Of a DNA stretch of 64,000 nucleotides, positions 1 through 12,509 are shown piece after piece. Source of the DNA: Rhizaria sp. SCN 62-66 (taxonomy: Eukaryota); NCBI GenBank assembly GCA_001724265.1, contig MEDY01000233.1, positions 1 to 64,000 on the forward strand, read 5' to 3'. The notes under the pieces are model-generated. The model worked only from the letters and a program-made list of their open reading frames with translations, did no database searches and was not told the origin of the DNA. The position numbers and the translations under genes are program-made. Each line of letters begins with the position of its first letter. The stretch's first letter is position 1.

Positions 1-658
1 CGTCTTGAACGTCTCGGCGGCCTTGAGCTGTTCGTTGTGGTGCATGTCCGTCAGGGCCTTCATGCGGTCCTGCAGGGCAAAGATCTTCTGCGACAGCGTA
101 GTCACCGTCGTGGTGAGCTCAGCGGGGATCGCGCGCGGGTCCGTACCTTCGATCTGCTTCTTGGTGTTCAGCAGCAGCGCGGACAGGTCGTCAGAGGACA
201 TGCCCGTGAACGGGGGCACGTTGGGGTTCTCGGTCGCGAACGCAGATACTTGCGATGAGAGGTCCGCGAACGACGTCGCCAGTGCCTGCATAGGCTCCGC
301 TGTACAAGGGGGGCAAATGGGAGTCGCATACAGAGAGTAAGAGGTGAATAGTGAGCGACACGAGAGATACAAAAAGTTTGGGGTATGGAGCGAAGTAGAC
401 AGTTGGCATTAGGGAAACTGGCGCCAGAGGGCCAAAGAGAGGAGCGATCCCGAGACAGATGTTGTGAAGCAATGATTCAATTTGCGCTTCGTAAAACGAA
501 GCAAGAGTGACGATGTTGTAACCACATGATGATGTGTGACAGCGCCGGGAAGATTTGGGAATTAGAGAGTTGAGGAGGGACGTACTCATGTCGACAGTGC
601 TCTCGTGAGCGAACACGGAGCAAATAAGAGCGACAAGCACCAAGATGAGGTACTTCAT
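1..658 (-). CDS. Secreted helical/coiled-coil protein of unknown function, 3' end outside window. Exons 658-586 and 299-1.
   Basis: ATG 658 gives the signal-peptide-like MKYLILVLVALICSVFA. A GTACGT donor at 585 and a pyrimidine-rich CAG acceptor ending at 300 join in phase 1 to give ...STVDMTEPMQALATSFADLSSQ...QKIFALQDRMKALTDMHHNEQLKAAETFKT, open to the window edge. Confidence 0.7.
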
Positions 659-1589
659 GCTCTTTCACCTACAGTAGAAAACAAATGTTAAGAAAAAGGG
701 ACATGGTGAGCAGGTAAACGGAGGCAAATAGAAGAAGCAAGGCGGTCTGTCACTGCTGGAACCAGGCTCAAACAAGGCGGTCATACGACGCAAGAAACGC
801 GTCCACATGACAAGGCGACAAAGCCACATTGAATTTTGGCGTCGTTAGTCTTTAGTGTATCAATGGCAAAAGCGGCTGCCTGCGACTATAAGCCCTGTTG
901 GATCGAAATTTGCCCTCTGTCGGTCCCCTTTGCAGGATGAGCTAAGTGACCGAGCGGCTGACCGTGAGCCCAACTCGACTGTGAGCGCCTCACCAGCCGT
1001 TTGTTGCTGCTGCTTGAGGGAACACCTTCTGGCATGTCTTTGCCCGCTGGTTTAGCGTTGGGTGGGTCTGTGGTTGAGTTTCATAGTAGCGCCCGCAAGG
1101 ATCTACCTGGTCACTTACTTGCTGGTCTATACCCCTGATCAGTGGGCGCATATCTTGGCGTTCTCACTCGTCCAGAATCGGTGGTTGACAAGATCGACTC
1201 ACCTCTTTTCCCTCACGACCAATCCTCAGCACACTCGCGAATCCGCACATCAGACGTGGCACCAACTTCAAACACCACTATACCTTCCTGCTCTCGGTTT
1301 TGTGCCTGTCATCGTGCTCTTTATGCCCCTTAATGCCCGTCCACAGAGAACCAGCCTCTCACCACTCCCTCGCGCCTTTTCTTTCCCCGCTCTCTCGCTC
1401 CTCTCTGTACCCCTGAAACTTTATACGCTCGGTCCCAATCCACGTTTCACGTTGTTAGATCCACATCTCCTTGCAGTTACCACTGTCTTTTGTTCCTACG
1501 CCGCACAAGCAACGTCCCCGTAGCGTGCATTGTGACCGAGAGAGCATCTGCTCGCAACAGCTCAGCTACCTCGCTCGCTCTCCACTCCT

Positions 1590-4142
1590 ATGTCTGAGCC
1601 GACAAGAATGTTGCCCACCGCTCCCGTCCCCGTCTCCGCCATCTTTTCGGGCCCCAGCCTGAGCTTCGGCACCAGTTTAGGAGCTGTCTCGGGCGCTGAT
1701 TCTGGCTCTGGCGCGCTGCGGCCCGGCCTGAGCCCGCGGCCCGCGTCGCCCGCTCTGGCCTCGCAGCCGTCGTCGCCCGCGCTGCCCGCGCTCTTCGCCC
1801 CGTCGCCGCGCTTCGAGCGCAGCCTCGACTGCTTTCTTGGTCCCCACCTTGCCGCCGCCTCGGCCGCCGCCGCCTCGGCCGCCGCCGCTGCTCCGACGCC
1901 ATCCTCGTCCTCGCAGTCGTCACACTTTGCGCACTTCTCGCTCTCGCAGCCGCAGCCGCCGTCGCAGCCTCAGACCCCACGCGCGCTGTACGACGCGGCG
2001 GCCTCGGTGGCGAGCGCGGCGGGCTGGCCGCGGCCGCCGCTGCCTGCGACGGCACTCTCGGCGGCCGAGCTGCTGTCGAGCGGGGAGCGCAAGGCCCTGG
2101 TGCTGCGCATCAAGGACGCGCGCCTCGAGGTGGCGGCGCTGCAGACGCGCATTGCCGCGCTTCAGCAGCAGCTGCAGCAGCACCAGCTTCAGCTCCAGCA
2201 GTATCAGCAGCAGCTGCAGCAGCAACAGGGCGGCGCGCAGCACCAGCAGCTCCAGCAGCAGCTGCAGCAGCACCAGGCTGCGGCCGCGGCGGCCGTTACG
2301 GAGCTGTCCTCCGCGCGCTCCTCGCTGGCCAGCAAGTCGCGCGCGATGCGCGAGTGGAAGCACCGCGTGCGCGCCTCGGCCGCCACCCAGATCCAGCGTC
2401 TCTGGCGCGGCGCGCGCGCGCGCAGGGCGCTACGGGCGCGCCGCGTCCACTTCCCTTTCGGCGTCCAGGGCGTCTACCAGGTCCGGCAAGCGCGAGATGC
2501 GATACATGCAGGACCAAGTGCATTATCTCAATCAAGTTTTTCTTTTATTTTTTGTTTTGCTTTCTGGCTCACTTCATGGATTGTTCTTTTGCTCTTATTT
2601 TTTTTTCTTCTCTCTCTCTCTCTCTCTCTCTCTCCCAATCCCCAGGCCTTGCTCGAGTCCGAGGCCGCGCGCGAGAAGATCGCCAAAGAGCGCGCCGTGA
2701 CCGCTGCGGCCGCCGCGACGGCCGCCGCCGCCACCGCCGCCGCGGACGGAGGCCCCGCGACCGCGGCCGCCGCTGCCGCTGCCGCTGCCGCTGCCGCAGC
2801 CGCCGCCGCAGCCGCCGCGGGACCGAACACGGTGATGCCGATCCTGTCGTACGTAGTGTCTCTGTCGCCGGCACTGACGCGCGTGGCCGAGGCCGTGCTG
2901 GCGCGCGTGCACGTGCAGCGGCGCCTGCAGGGCCGCCTGCTGCCATTAACGACCTACGGCACGCTGGCGCTGCTCGAGGAGAAGGCCGCCGTGAAGCGCG
3001 CCGTGGGGCTGCGGCAGGCGGCGCAGCAGCAGCAGCACCGGCGCTCGCGCGCGGCGTCGCAGGCCGAGCGAGACCTGTGCCGCCCGCTCTACTTGCTCTA
3101 CAACAAGCTCAAGGCTATCCTCGGCGACCGCGGCGACGGCGACGGCGACGGCGGCGGGGCCGGCGACACTCTCACAGCCTCGGTCTCCGCGGCCCCCTCG
3201 CTGTCGTCTTCAGCCTCGGCCTCGGCCTCTCACGCTGCCGCTGGCTCTGGCGCCGGCGCCGGCGTCGGGCGCGTCAAGGAGCCCAAGGCGACTGCGACGA
3301 CGGCGATGCTGCCGCTGCCCGCCGTCGCCGCCGACAAGGGCGCCGGCAGCGTCAGTGCCAGCGCCAGCGGAGGCAAGTCGTCTTCTAGCGGCAGCGGCGC
3401 TGCGGGCGGGTCATCGTCTTCATCCTCGTCGTCGTCGTCGCGCCCGGGCTCTGCGTCGTCCCGGTCCGCCGGTGGCGGCGCCAAGCCCGGCGACGAGGTC
3501 ACCGGCTCGAACGGCGGCGCGGGGCTGGTCGGCGGCCGGGGCTCGCTGGCGCACGTGTCCGCAGCTGCCCCCGCGGGCGCGGCGTCGACGGGGCTACTCA
3601 TCGCGGCCGCCACGACGGACCTGCCGCCGGGCTGGGTCGAGGCGCTCCCCGCCGCGGGCTCCGACGACCTGCGCCGCCTCCTGGCTGAGCTCAAGGCGCA
3701 GAAGCGCGAGCTGCAGGTGCGTTATATGTTCCATAATATCGCCGCACAATTACTATTAAATGATATGTTCGACTGAGTTGTATTTTGATAAATGTCTATA
3801 TATTCAACTGGATTCATATTTTTCAAAGTGAGCAATGTATACTTCGGTTCTCACCAATATTGCCCGCCTTTCTTCCCTTGGTTTTGGGCTTTGCGAGTTT
3901 AGGTGCAGCTGAACCGGTTCGAGCGCGAGTTCGAGTCGACCAACGGGCGGCGCATCCGCTACCAGGGCGACATCGCGTCGGTGCAGAACGAGTGGGCGCG
4001 CTACCGCCTGCTCAAGGCACAGCTCGCCGTCGTGTCGGACAAGGCTGCCGGCACCGCCACCGTCACCACGACGGGCTCCGCCGCGGGCGCCGCGGGCGCG
4101 CCCGGCAAGACGGGGCAGCACGGCGGCAAGCGGCCAGAGTGA
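1590..4142 (+). CDS. FAM13-like C-terminal helical-repeat protein with IQ motif (~733 aa). Exons 1590-2480, 2646-3716, 3903-4142.
   Basis: IQ motif AATQIQRLWRGARARRALR. Two FAM13-type repeats: EEKAAVKR...ERDLCRPLYLLYNKLKAIL and QKRELQVQLNRFEREFESTNGRRIRYQGDIASVQNEWARYRLLKAQL. AT/pyrimidine-rich GT-AG introns 2481-2645 and 3717-3902 keep frame; TGA stop. Confidence 0.7.
2609..2634 (+). repeat. (TC)13 microsatellite in the polypyrimidine tract of intron 1 of the FAM13-like gene
   Basis: Direct reading: uninterrupted tctctc... run just before the CAG acceptor at 2645. Confidence 0.85.
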
Positions 4143-5448
4143 CCGGAGCCCTCGAAACGAGCATGCGAAGCCAGTGGAGCGAGCCCTCGAGCGCGTGACT
4201 GAGTGGATTGGACAATGATGATTTGTTTGTTATGAAACTGTGAGTTGTTCCCGACGCCTTTGCTGCGATGTTTGATTACGTCATAGTGATGTGTTGTATC
4301 TGTTCGTTCTTTTTACGTGGAGTTGCTCGACAGTATTTTGTGTTGTGCTCCTCTTCTTTTGTGTGACGATTATGCGAATATGGACGTCGATTACTGAGAC
4401 CGCGATGACTGCGACTGGGGCAGCAACCAAGGTCAATTCTGACGCGCTGTTGAACTCGAGTGATGAGCAGACAGCAACCAACCTCCACCCATGTAACGAA
4501 GAACAACTGCAGTGTGGAGTTGTCCGGTCATCTCGCCTGCCTCATGCTCTCTCGAAGTACCTCGCCGTGCCCCTTTCTGCGTAATCACTTTATATTTATA
4601 GTACTGATGTGTATATATCTTTCTTTCTAAGACGAATGTTGCTGCTGCGTGTCACTACTGCCTGTGACGCAGCAGCCTTTGTCGTTATTTAAAACATGTT
4701 GCTCTTTCCTGTTATCGCTCTCTTTTTTATCTCCCTACCTCAAACACTGCGTGTTTTGTTGCTCAGTTGTCTGTGTGTGTGTCTACAGTTATTTGCTTTT
4801 GGCCACATAGAGTGAATAGAGACTCGTGAGTTAAGTGTAAACTGTCCAATGCCCTTCAAGCCCAATTGCTCGAAGCAGGTATCAGAACCACAAACTGATT
4901 ATCTTGCCTATGTGCATCACAGGAGGACTAACCGCGATAACGAAAACACGTTTTCATTACAAAGCACCTCCAAATACACTTTATACCGTTGTATTCTTGC
5001 AAATAACGTGCCTCGTCGACTTGAACAAAACCTTTAAGTTGGCAAACAATACATACACTTGTTCTGATGCTCCCAACGTCAATCCACGATATTTACAAGG
5101 GCAATAGTGCATGACTACAAGTTGCCCATGATGACTGTGTCAACGGAGCTTCTCACAGTCAGCTGTAAGCAGCGTTGCGAGCACGATGGCGGCATCAAAA
5201 CTCGAGTCTGACCCTCAACTTCGCTGCAGCAACAATGTGATCTGAATACATTGCCAAGAGAAACAAAATAAATATAGTATGGTATATATTAACTTAAACA
5301 TATCGTAATAATTCGCACAACTTGACTCAGTGCACCTATATCCACCAAATCAACTTATGCTTCAAGTCAAGTCTGACATCTCTTTTGGTCCACCACCTGT
5401 CTTGCCAACTTGCCTCCTGCAGTCGTTCGTCTCCGCCTCTGTGTAGCA

Positions 5449-7239
5449 ATGAACGTCTTTGCCTCTCCTACCTCTGCAACCGCGTCCCAGCCAGGCCAGA
5501 TGCAGCCGCGGCCCGCGCTGCGCTTCGACGGCAAGGTCGTCATCGTCACCGGCGCCGCTGGCGCGCTCGGCTCCGCCTACTGCCGCATGCTCGCCGAGCG
5601 CGGCGCCACTATCGTTGCCAACGACGTCTGCTGCGGGCTTGACGGTGCGCCACTTCCCGCGTCCGCTATCTGGCCCCCCAACCTCGCTAACGTCGCCCAC
5701 ATTGCGAGCTCCGCTGACGCCCACTCCACAACCTCTGCCGTCTCGGCCGCAACTAGCGCCGCCGGCGCCCGCCCCGCCGCTCCCATTGCCGCCGCTAGCC
5801 CCGTGACGGCGGTAGGCAAGCTGGTGGAGGAGCTGACGCGACTCGGCGCGCGCGCGGTGGCCAACTACGACAATGTGCTCGAGGGCGGCAAGATCGTGCA
5901 GTGCGCGCTCGACAACTTCGGCCGCGTTGACGTCGTTATCAACAACGCCGGCGTGCTGCGCGATCGCGCCTTCCCCGCGCTCACAGACGAGGACTGGTCC
6001 GCCGTGCTGGGCGTGCACCTGCTCGGCGCACTCCGCGTCACGCGCGCTGCCTGGCCGCACCTGGCCAAGAACACCACCGGCGGCCGCGTCGTCATGGTTA
6101 CGTCCACTGCGGGGCTCTACGGCGCCTTCGGGCAGGCAAACTACGCCGCAGCCAAGCTCGCGCTCGTGGGGTTGGCCTCAACTCTCGCGCTTGAGGGCGC
6201 GCGCCTGGGCATCAAGGTCAACAGCGTGGCGCCCACCGCGCTCTCCCGCATGACGGCGCCGATGCTGCCCGCCGCGCTGCACGCCGCGCTGGCGCCCGCG
6301 GCGGCGGCTCCACTCGTGCTTTGTCTTGCGCACGAGGGCTGCCCCGAGTCGGGCGCCGTGTTCGAGTCCGCGGGTGGGTGGGCCGCCAAGCTGCGCTGGG
6401 AGCGCGCGCCGGGGCTGCGCGGCGGCCCCGCGCTTACGCCGGAGGCGGTGGCGGCGCAGTGGGGCGACGTGGTGGGCTTCGAGGGCGCCGCGGGCCGCGA
6501 GGACTGCCACCCGACCGACAACAGGTCCGGGTTGGCCCGGGCGCTGGAGAATCTTGAGAGCGGCAACGGGAAGGCTACACCGCTAAACCAGGCTCAGCAG
6601 CAGCAGCTGCTGCATCTGCACCAGCACGGCAGCGTGGAGGTGAAGCCACCCGTTGCGATGCAGCAGGAGATCAATCCTTCGTCTGTCACCATCAAGGCCA
6701 ACACTAACGTCAACACGAAGAATTCGAGCACCAACGCTGCTGCTGACTCCAAGGCAAGCACTCCCACTGGCTCAACTACTACTGCTGCTGGTGCTGCTGC
6801 TGCGGGAGCTAGCGGGTTCGAGGCCGAGCGCATCATGGCGCTGCTGCGCGAGTTCCTGGACCGCAGCGTGGTGGCCAAGACCAAGGGCGTATTCGTGTTC
6901 GAGGTCACTAACGCCGCCAAGCAGAAGCGGACCTGGACGCTCGACCTAAAGCACGGTGACGGAGACCTCTACGAAGGCCTGCCGCGCGCCATCAACAGCG
7001 GCAGCAACGTGGGCAGCGGTGCGGCTGCGGCTGGCAATGCTGGCCAGCAGCAGGCGGGCAAGGCGGACGTGACACTGGTGCTGAGCGACGAGGACTTCCG
7101 GCGGCTGGTGTACAACGAGACACAGCCGCAGAAGCTGTTTCTGACCGGCCGCCTCAAGGTGCGTGGTAACCTCGCGCTCGCGCTCAAGTTCGAGTCCGTG
7201 CTCCGCTCCATGGAGGACCGCGCGCGCGCAAAGCTCTAA
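5449..7239 (+). CDS. Peroxisomal 3-hydroxyacyl-CoA dehydrogenase (MFE-2/HSD17B4-type SDR) fused to SCP2, with PTS1 (~596 aa)
   Basis: Rossmann VIVTGAAGALG; FGRVDVVINNAGVLRD; catalytic GQANYAAAK; MFE-2-typical FESAGGWAAKLRWER. C-terminal SCP2 (WTLDLKHGDG...ADVTLVLSDEDF...PQKLFLTGRLKVRGNLALALK) ends -AKL, TAA. Start could alternatively be ATG 5500. Confidence 0.9.
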   Translation: MNVFASPTSATASQPGQMQPRPALRFDGKVVIVTGAAGALGSAYCRMLAERGATIVANDVCCGLDGAPLPASAIWPPNLANVAHIASSADAHSTTSAVSAATSAAGARPAAPIAAASPVTAVGKLVEELTRLGARAVANYDNVLEGGKIVQCALDNFGRVDVVINNAGVLRDRAFPALTDEDWSAVLGVHLLGALRVTRAAWPHLAKNTTGGRVVMVTSTAGLYGAFGQANYAAAKLALVGLASTLALEGARLGIKVNSVAPTALSRMTAPMLPAALHAALAPAAAAPLVLCLAHEGCPESGAVFESAGGWAAKLRWERAPGLRGGPALTPEAVAAQWGDVVGFEGAAGREDCHPTDNRSGLARALENLESGNGKATPLNQAQQQQLLHLHQHGSVEVKPPVAMQQEINPSSVTIKANTNVNTKNSSTNAAADSKASTPTGSTTTAAGAAAAGASGFEAERIMALLREFLDRSVVAKTKGVFVFEVTNAAKQKRTWTLDLKHGDGDLYEGLPRAINSGSNVGSGAAAAGNAGQQQAGKADVTLVLSDEDFRRLVYNETQPQKLFLTGRLKVRGNLALALKFESVLRSMEDRARAKL

Positions 7240-8576
7240 GCGCACTGCGCTGACCGCAAGACTGCAAGTGCAGCGCTGGGGCTGAGGTCAAAGTTTGTGT
7301 GCGCATGTTGTAGAGTTTATGCTTCAGTTGACGACGATCTTCAAGTACTTTGTCAGTTTGCGTATTTGACAATGGTGTCGGTTCTTTATCACATACCAGG
7401 ACGCCAACATGGAGCTAAAGTTAGATGTTTATCTTAAATAATGTTCTTTTTGTGAAAAGACAACGCTTCAATGCAGCTTGCTCAGTTCCTCCAAATGTTT
7501 GAGGCGCTGCTTCAAGTTGTGTTAAAGTGGCGTTGAGTGTGTTCATCGAAATTAGTGTCAGCGCTACGTCCTTGTGCAATTTGCATGCATGCGCAGGTTG
7601 GTTGAATATATAATGATAATGGATGTGATCCAGAACATTGTATGACATTTTTCCAGTCTAAGATGTACAAAAAAATAAAGCTATTTGCTGTTTGAAGCAG
7701 GACAAAGCCCACCTGCAAGATGTAATGCGTGTTGTTGTATTGTAGTCGTCGATGTTAGCAAGCAAGCATAACGAATGATAGTTACTGCACTGGACATTGT
7801 CCGCGCCACACTTCGCAAAAGCAGTCGCCGCTGTCCTTAGTCCGTAACACAGCATGTACTCACAGACTCACAGCAGTCGAAAGCGAAGCAAGTGTTCATT
7901 TGAACCCATGCTATCGCTGCAACGCGACTGCAAGCATGTAAGTACTCGTACTACGTCCTGGAGACCGTTGCGACTGCCATTGTGAAGTGGAAGCGGTGAT
8001 GGATCGACGAAGTCAGCAACGCAACAACAGCGACGTTGACCGAATATAACGGATATTAACAAGGCTTTAGGTATTGTTAATGTTGTTAAAATAATTACGC
8101 AATATAAAATAGATCGATAAAACAGAAGATAAAAGACATACTAGAAACAAGAAAGAACAGAAGATCTACCAACAATGAAACTCATCAAAATATAAACGAC
8201 AAGATACAACAGCGCAACGTAACAGCAATCAAAACTGCAATGCAGTCACAGTTAAAACTGCTCTCGCTCAAGCTGTAGATACATCTTCTTGTGACGTCTA
8301 CACGTCAACGTCACTGGCACGACAACCACTTACACCATCTACAATCACAGTCACTGGCACTAAATACGTAAGACACGAAATTTGTACATGTACAAGAAAA
8401 ATATTGAAAGCCTCACAAAACAAGCCACAAAAAAAAAGCAAAATCACAAACAAACGCAAGGATTCAAGCCAAAGAGCAAAAGGTGAACTTGCATCAAGAC
8501 TGCTTATTCTTCGAAAGCAAGCCTCCTTGCTCGCTCGCTCGTTTTGCTCGCATGCGTGCATGTGTATGAGTCGCGC

Positions 8577-10602
8577 TTATTCGACCTTGGCGGCGGCGGG
8601 CTTGTGTGCGGCGACGCGCTCGCGGACCTCGCCGGCCTTTGCAGCGACGGCGTCCGCGGCGACGGCAGCGAGGTCGCATGCGGCGTCCACGGCGGCGTCC
8701 ACGGCGGCGTCCACGTCGCGCTGGCGCGGGATCGCGGGCACGGCCGAGGCGGGCGCGAACGGCCGGTCGGACGCGTCGGGCTGCCCCGCGGGGTCCGGCC
8801 GGGGCGACATCAGCGCGTCAGCCTCGGCCGCAGCGGCGGCGACGGCAGTGGCGGCGGCGGCGGAGGAGGAGGGCTTGCCGTCGGCGGACTTGGCGCCGCG
8901 GCGCGCGCCGCCGCCGCGGAGCTTGTGCGCGAGCGCGGGCGCGATGACGAGCGCGAGCATGCCCAACACGTGGTACCAGCAGTATGAGTCGACGAGGATG
9001 CGGACCGAGGCTGTGAGCTCGAGCAGCACGAAGGAGGAGCCCAGCCAGGCGAGCGACCACATGGTGAAGGCCGTCATGACGGCGCGGAAGACCCACGCGC
9101 GCGGGTACACCAGCGTCGGCCGCGAGGGCCGCTCGGGGTTCGGGACGGAGAAGTACGGGATGATGAGCGCGCGCAGCTTCGTCTCGAACGTCTGGATGAA
9201 CCACACCTGTAAAACAAAACAAGTAGGAAAGAAACAATGACGTAGCAATGGACAGAAAATGTTAGAAAATAGCGTATAGTTTCATGGCACAACAATTATC
9301 TTCTTGTGTTGAGATGATACGAGGGATATATAGATTAAAAAAAATGCGTACCTGGAAGAAGAAGATGTAGTAGCCGGGGTAGAAGCCGTGCCAGAAGGCC
9401 GAGGTGAACTTGGTGGCGAGGTTTGCGAAGGTACGGGGCGCGATGTAGCGCGCGATGGCTGGCGGCGTCTGCACACGCAGGTAGACCTGGTGCTTGAGCC
9501 ACTCCGAGGTGAAAATGTTCCACGAGTCGATGAGCTCGTTGGTGGAGCTGGCGAGCTCGGTGGTAAGCGCGCGGCAGTTTGTGCACGCGCCCCATTCGGC
9601 CGCGCCCGTCTTGGGCTCGAAGCGCGAGAGCCCGATGCCCGCGGCGACGCAGCCGGCCTCAGCCAGGTACCACGCGAAGTAGTACTTGTAGCGCGAAAAG
9701 CCGTTAAAGAATGTGACGTAGGCAACGCGCTGCCATGTCTGCGGGTAGTCGAGCCAGAACTGCTGCGTGTTGACGTAGTTGGCGATGGGGAAGGCGCTGG
9801 CGACCATCATACCAGGGTACACGGCGGCCATGAACGAGAGCTTGACGAGCGGTGCGGTCCACGAGAAGACGGGGCGGCCCGATGCGATGCCCAAGGCCTT
9901 GTAGCGCGCGCCCGTGACGTGGTCCATGTAGTGGTTGAACTCGATCGCGGGGCCCGCGACGACCGAGGGGAAGAAGTAAACCCAGGCGAAGTACTCGAGC
10001 AGGGACGGCATGGTCTCGATGGCGCGCTCGCGACGGTACTCGTGCTCGCGCTCGTTGGCGTCGAGATCAAGCCCATCACGCACGTTCTCGCCGTCAACGC
10101 GCGACCACGCGAACGAAACGATCTTGAGCGTGAGGATCATCTGCGCCGAGGTGAAGTCGAGCGTGAAGCCCAGGTAGTCGACGTAGATGCGGTACAGGTG
10201 CGCGCAGCACATGTAGAGCATGGCCGTGACGAAGACAGCGTAGCCGACAACCTTGCGGGCCGCGGCGCGCTGCTCGGGGGACTTGCCCTTGAGCGACGCG
10301 GCCGAGGGCATGAGGAACTTGACGAGGAGGAAGGCCATCGTGGCAGCGGCCAACACGTTGAGGGACGAGGGCCCGACGTTGAAGTAGAGCAGCGCGAAGC
10401 CGAGCAGCATGCCCGAGAGGTGCTTGGCGAGCACACCGGGCACGAACTGGTGCGCCCAGCCGAGCGGGATGGCGATGAGCAGCGCCGACACGAAGCAGAG
10501 CTGGTCGGTGGGCAGCCCGGTGAGTCCCGAGGCGGAGACGATCAGCCCCGCCATCGCGCGGGGCAGGTGCGGCAGCACAACGTCGCTCAGAGCGTCCGTC
10601 AT
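8577..10602 (-). CDS. MBOAT-family lysophospholipid acyltransferase (LPCAT/Ale1-like, ~626 aa). Exons 10602-9352, 9206-8577.
   Basis: Motifs DFTSAQMILTLKIVSFAW, PSLLEYFAWVYFFPSVVAGP, RYKYYFAWYLAE, WNIFTSEWLK and catalytic SAFWHGFYPGYY. Phase-0 intron 9351-9207 (GTACGC..CAG); TAA stop. Confidence 0.92.
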
Positions 10603-11504
10603 GCGTGGAGCAGCCTGCGGGGGAAGCGTCCGGGCGTGCAGGGAGCGCGAGGTGAGAGCGTGGTGGGGGCACGGCGGGGAAGGGACGCGCACGAGTGGTT
10701 TAAATGCGACGGCGCGGAGAGTCGAAAGAGAAGAGAGGATTTAAAGCGAAGAGAGCAGAGTTAGTGGGCGGAGATTAATGATTTAGATTAAAAATATGCT
10801 GCAGTATCCTATGTTTGCGCGGCGTTCCAACAGATCGGAGTCTAGATGCCCGCGCGAGTAGGAAATGCACAAGCCTCGCAGATGCTTTGGTGGCGGGCGC
10901 GCTCTGGCTACAGCCGCGAGAACGGAGGATTGGGAGCGCCGCAAGCCGCACGCCTGGAGTCTGAAAAAAGATAACGCATCTCTGCAACATGCTACTACAG
11001 CCTATGCCGCCATTTCCGCAAGTCCGCCACTATATCTCGCTCTGGCGCTGGCGTTTTGATGGCCCTCCCACCGCCGTCATTCCGCCAAATGACCGTGCGA
11101 GGAGGCTGGCCGACTGTGAGCAGAGCGGCTGGGCACGAGCGCTTCAAGTCAACTTGAGATGCAAATGAAGGGTGTTTGCACAGTGTTGACTTGAAAACAA
11201 GGCGCAGCACCTGTAAAAACGTGTATATTTGAAATTCCAAAGGTTAACCATAATGTTTGCATATTGTATTTTTCATCGCCCCTCCTCTTTCACTTTTCTT
11301 CGTTACATAAAATCTTGGTCCCTTACACACAGCAACTCAGTTGCTTGGACACAGAGAAAAGGGCTGCCACTGAACAACATCAACTCCTGACACCTTGAAA
11401 ACATTGCAGCAGCCAACCTCAACAAGACTACCGCCAGCCCTCACTACTTTTGCTTCTCCAGAGCGTATATAGCGCAAATTGCTGTTGCTGATAGAGCTGT
11501 GAGC

Positions 11505-12509
11505 TTAGAGCGCGAGCGCGAAAACCACTGCCACCGCGGCGGTCACCAGCGCCGCGGCGCCGCCAGTCGTCAGCGCGGGCGCGGCGGCCGAGCAGAACTT
11601 GTTCTCGCAGACCTTGGCCTTCTGCTCAGCGAGCGTCTGCTTGCCGTCCTTGCCGCCGAGCCAGCGCAGCCCACCGCGCGCGCTCTTCTTGTCGATCTTG
11701 CGCTCCTTGCCGTGCTTGTCCTTCTCGCTCGTGCGGTAGTTGACGTTCGTGCACACCAGCTCCAGCGGCTGGTCCGCGTTCACGGCCAGCCCAGAGACGG
11801 TTACGGTGCCTGCCTTGGCGTCGACGGCCGCCGCGACGGGCGCGCGCGCGCCGGCCGTGGCCACACACTGCGCGTTTGTAAGGTCGATCGCGCGGTTGAC
11901 GTGCCACTGCAGCTTGCCTGAGGTCACGTCAACGCCCAGCTTGCTCGCCTTGCCGCGCAGCGTGCGCGTCGCGGGCTCAAAGCTCAGCCCGTTGTTGTCG
12001 GGGACCTTGCCGCCCAGCGCGCCCGTCTTGTCCACGGTGTACGTGAAGGGCGCGTCAATCTTCTTGCCGCCGTCGTGCTTGATCTGGAGGAACGAGCGGC
12101 GGCGGCCCGCGGAACCCGACACGCCGAGGTCAAGGCAGCCGACGTCGAGTGGCTTGTTGCCCTCGACCCAAACCTCGTTGCTGGGCGTGAAGGTGAGCGC
12201 GTCGGCGGCCTTGTTAAGCGACACGGCTGCGGGCACCGGCACGTCGTTGATCGTCAGCGCGCAGCCGGCCGTGTCGAGCCCGCGGAAGCCGCCGGTAACG
12301 CCGGTGAGTTCAACAGACTCGATGCGCAGACGGCCCTTGTCGTTGTGCGCGAGCTCGGCGCGGACGCCGAAGGGCGAGATGGCGCCCACGAGCGGGGACG
12401 CGTAGCCGCCCTCGACGTTGCGCAGCGACGGCGACGCGGCCGCCGCCAGCGACGCCGCAGCCAGCACGGCAACCGCGAGCGCGCGCAGAAGAGATAAGCT
12501 CAGCTTCAT
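11505..12509 (-). CDS. Putative GPI-anchored/surface protein of unknown function with two-fold internal repeat (334 aa)
   Basis: N-terminal signal peptide MKLSLSLLRALAVAVLAAASLAAAA; hydrophobic C-terminal tail SAAAPALTTGGAAALVTAAVAVVFALAL; high GC3 codon usage; TAA stop. Confidence 0.75.
   Translation of the reverse strand: MKLSLSLLRALAVAVLAAASLAAAASPSLRNVEGGYASPLVGAISPFGVRAELAHNDKGRLRIESVELTGVTGGFRGLDTAGCALTINDVPVPAAVSLNKAADALTFTPSNEVWVEGNKPLDVGCLDLGVSGSAGRRRSFLQIKHDGGKKIDAPFTYTVDKTGALGGKVPDNNGLSFEPATRTLRGKASKLGVDVTSGKLQWHVNRAIDLTNAQCVATAGARAPVAAAVDAKAGTVTVSGLAVNADQPLELVCTNVNYRTSEKDKHGKERKIDKKSARGGLRWLGGKDGKQTLAEQKAKVCENKFCSAAAPALTTGGAAALVTAAVAVVFALAL

Noticed and set aside
1062-1523. Intergenic ORFs such as 1062-1523, 4291-4584, 37781-38161, 38635-39021, 55733-56101
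   Set aside because: Mostly non-ATG starts, AT- or pyrimidine-rich composition and no coding-type codon bias; consistent with promoter, UTR or intron sequence.
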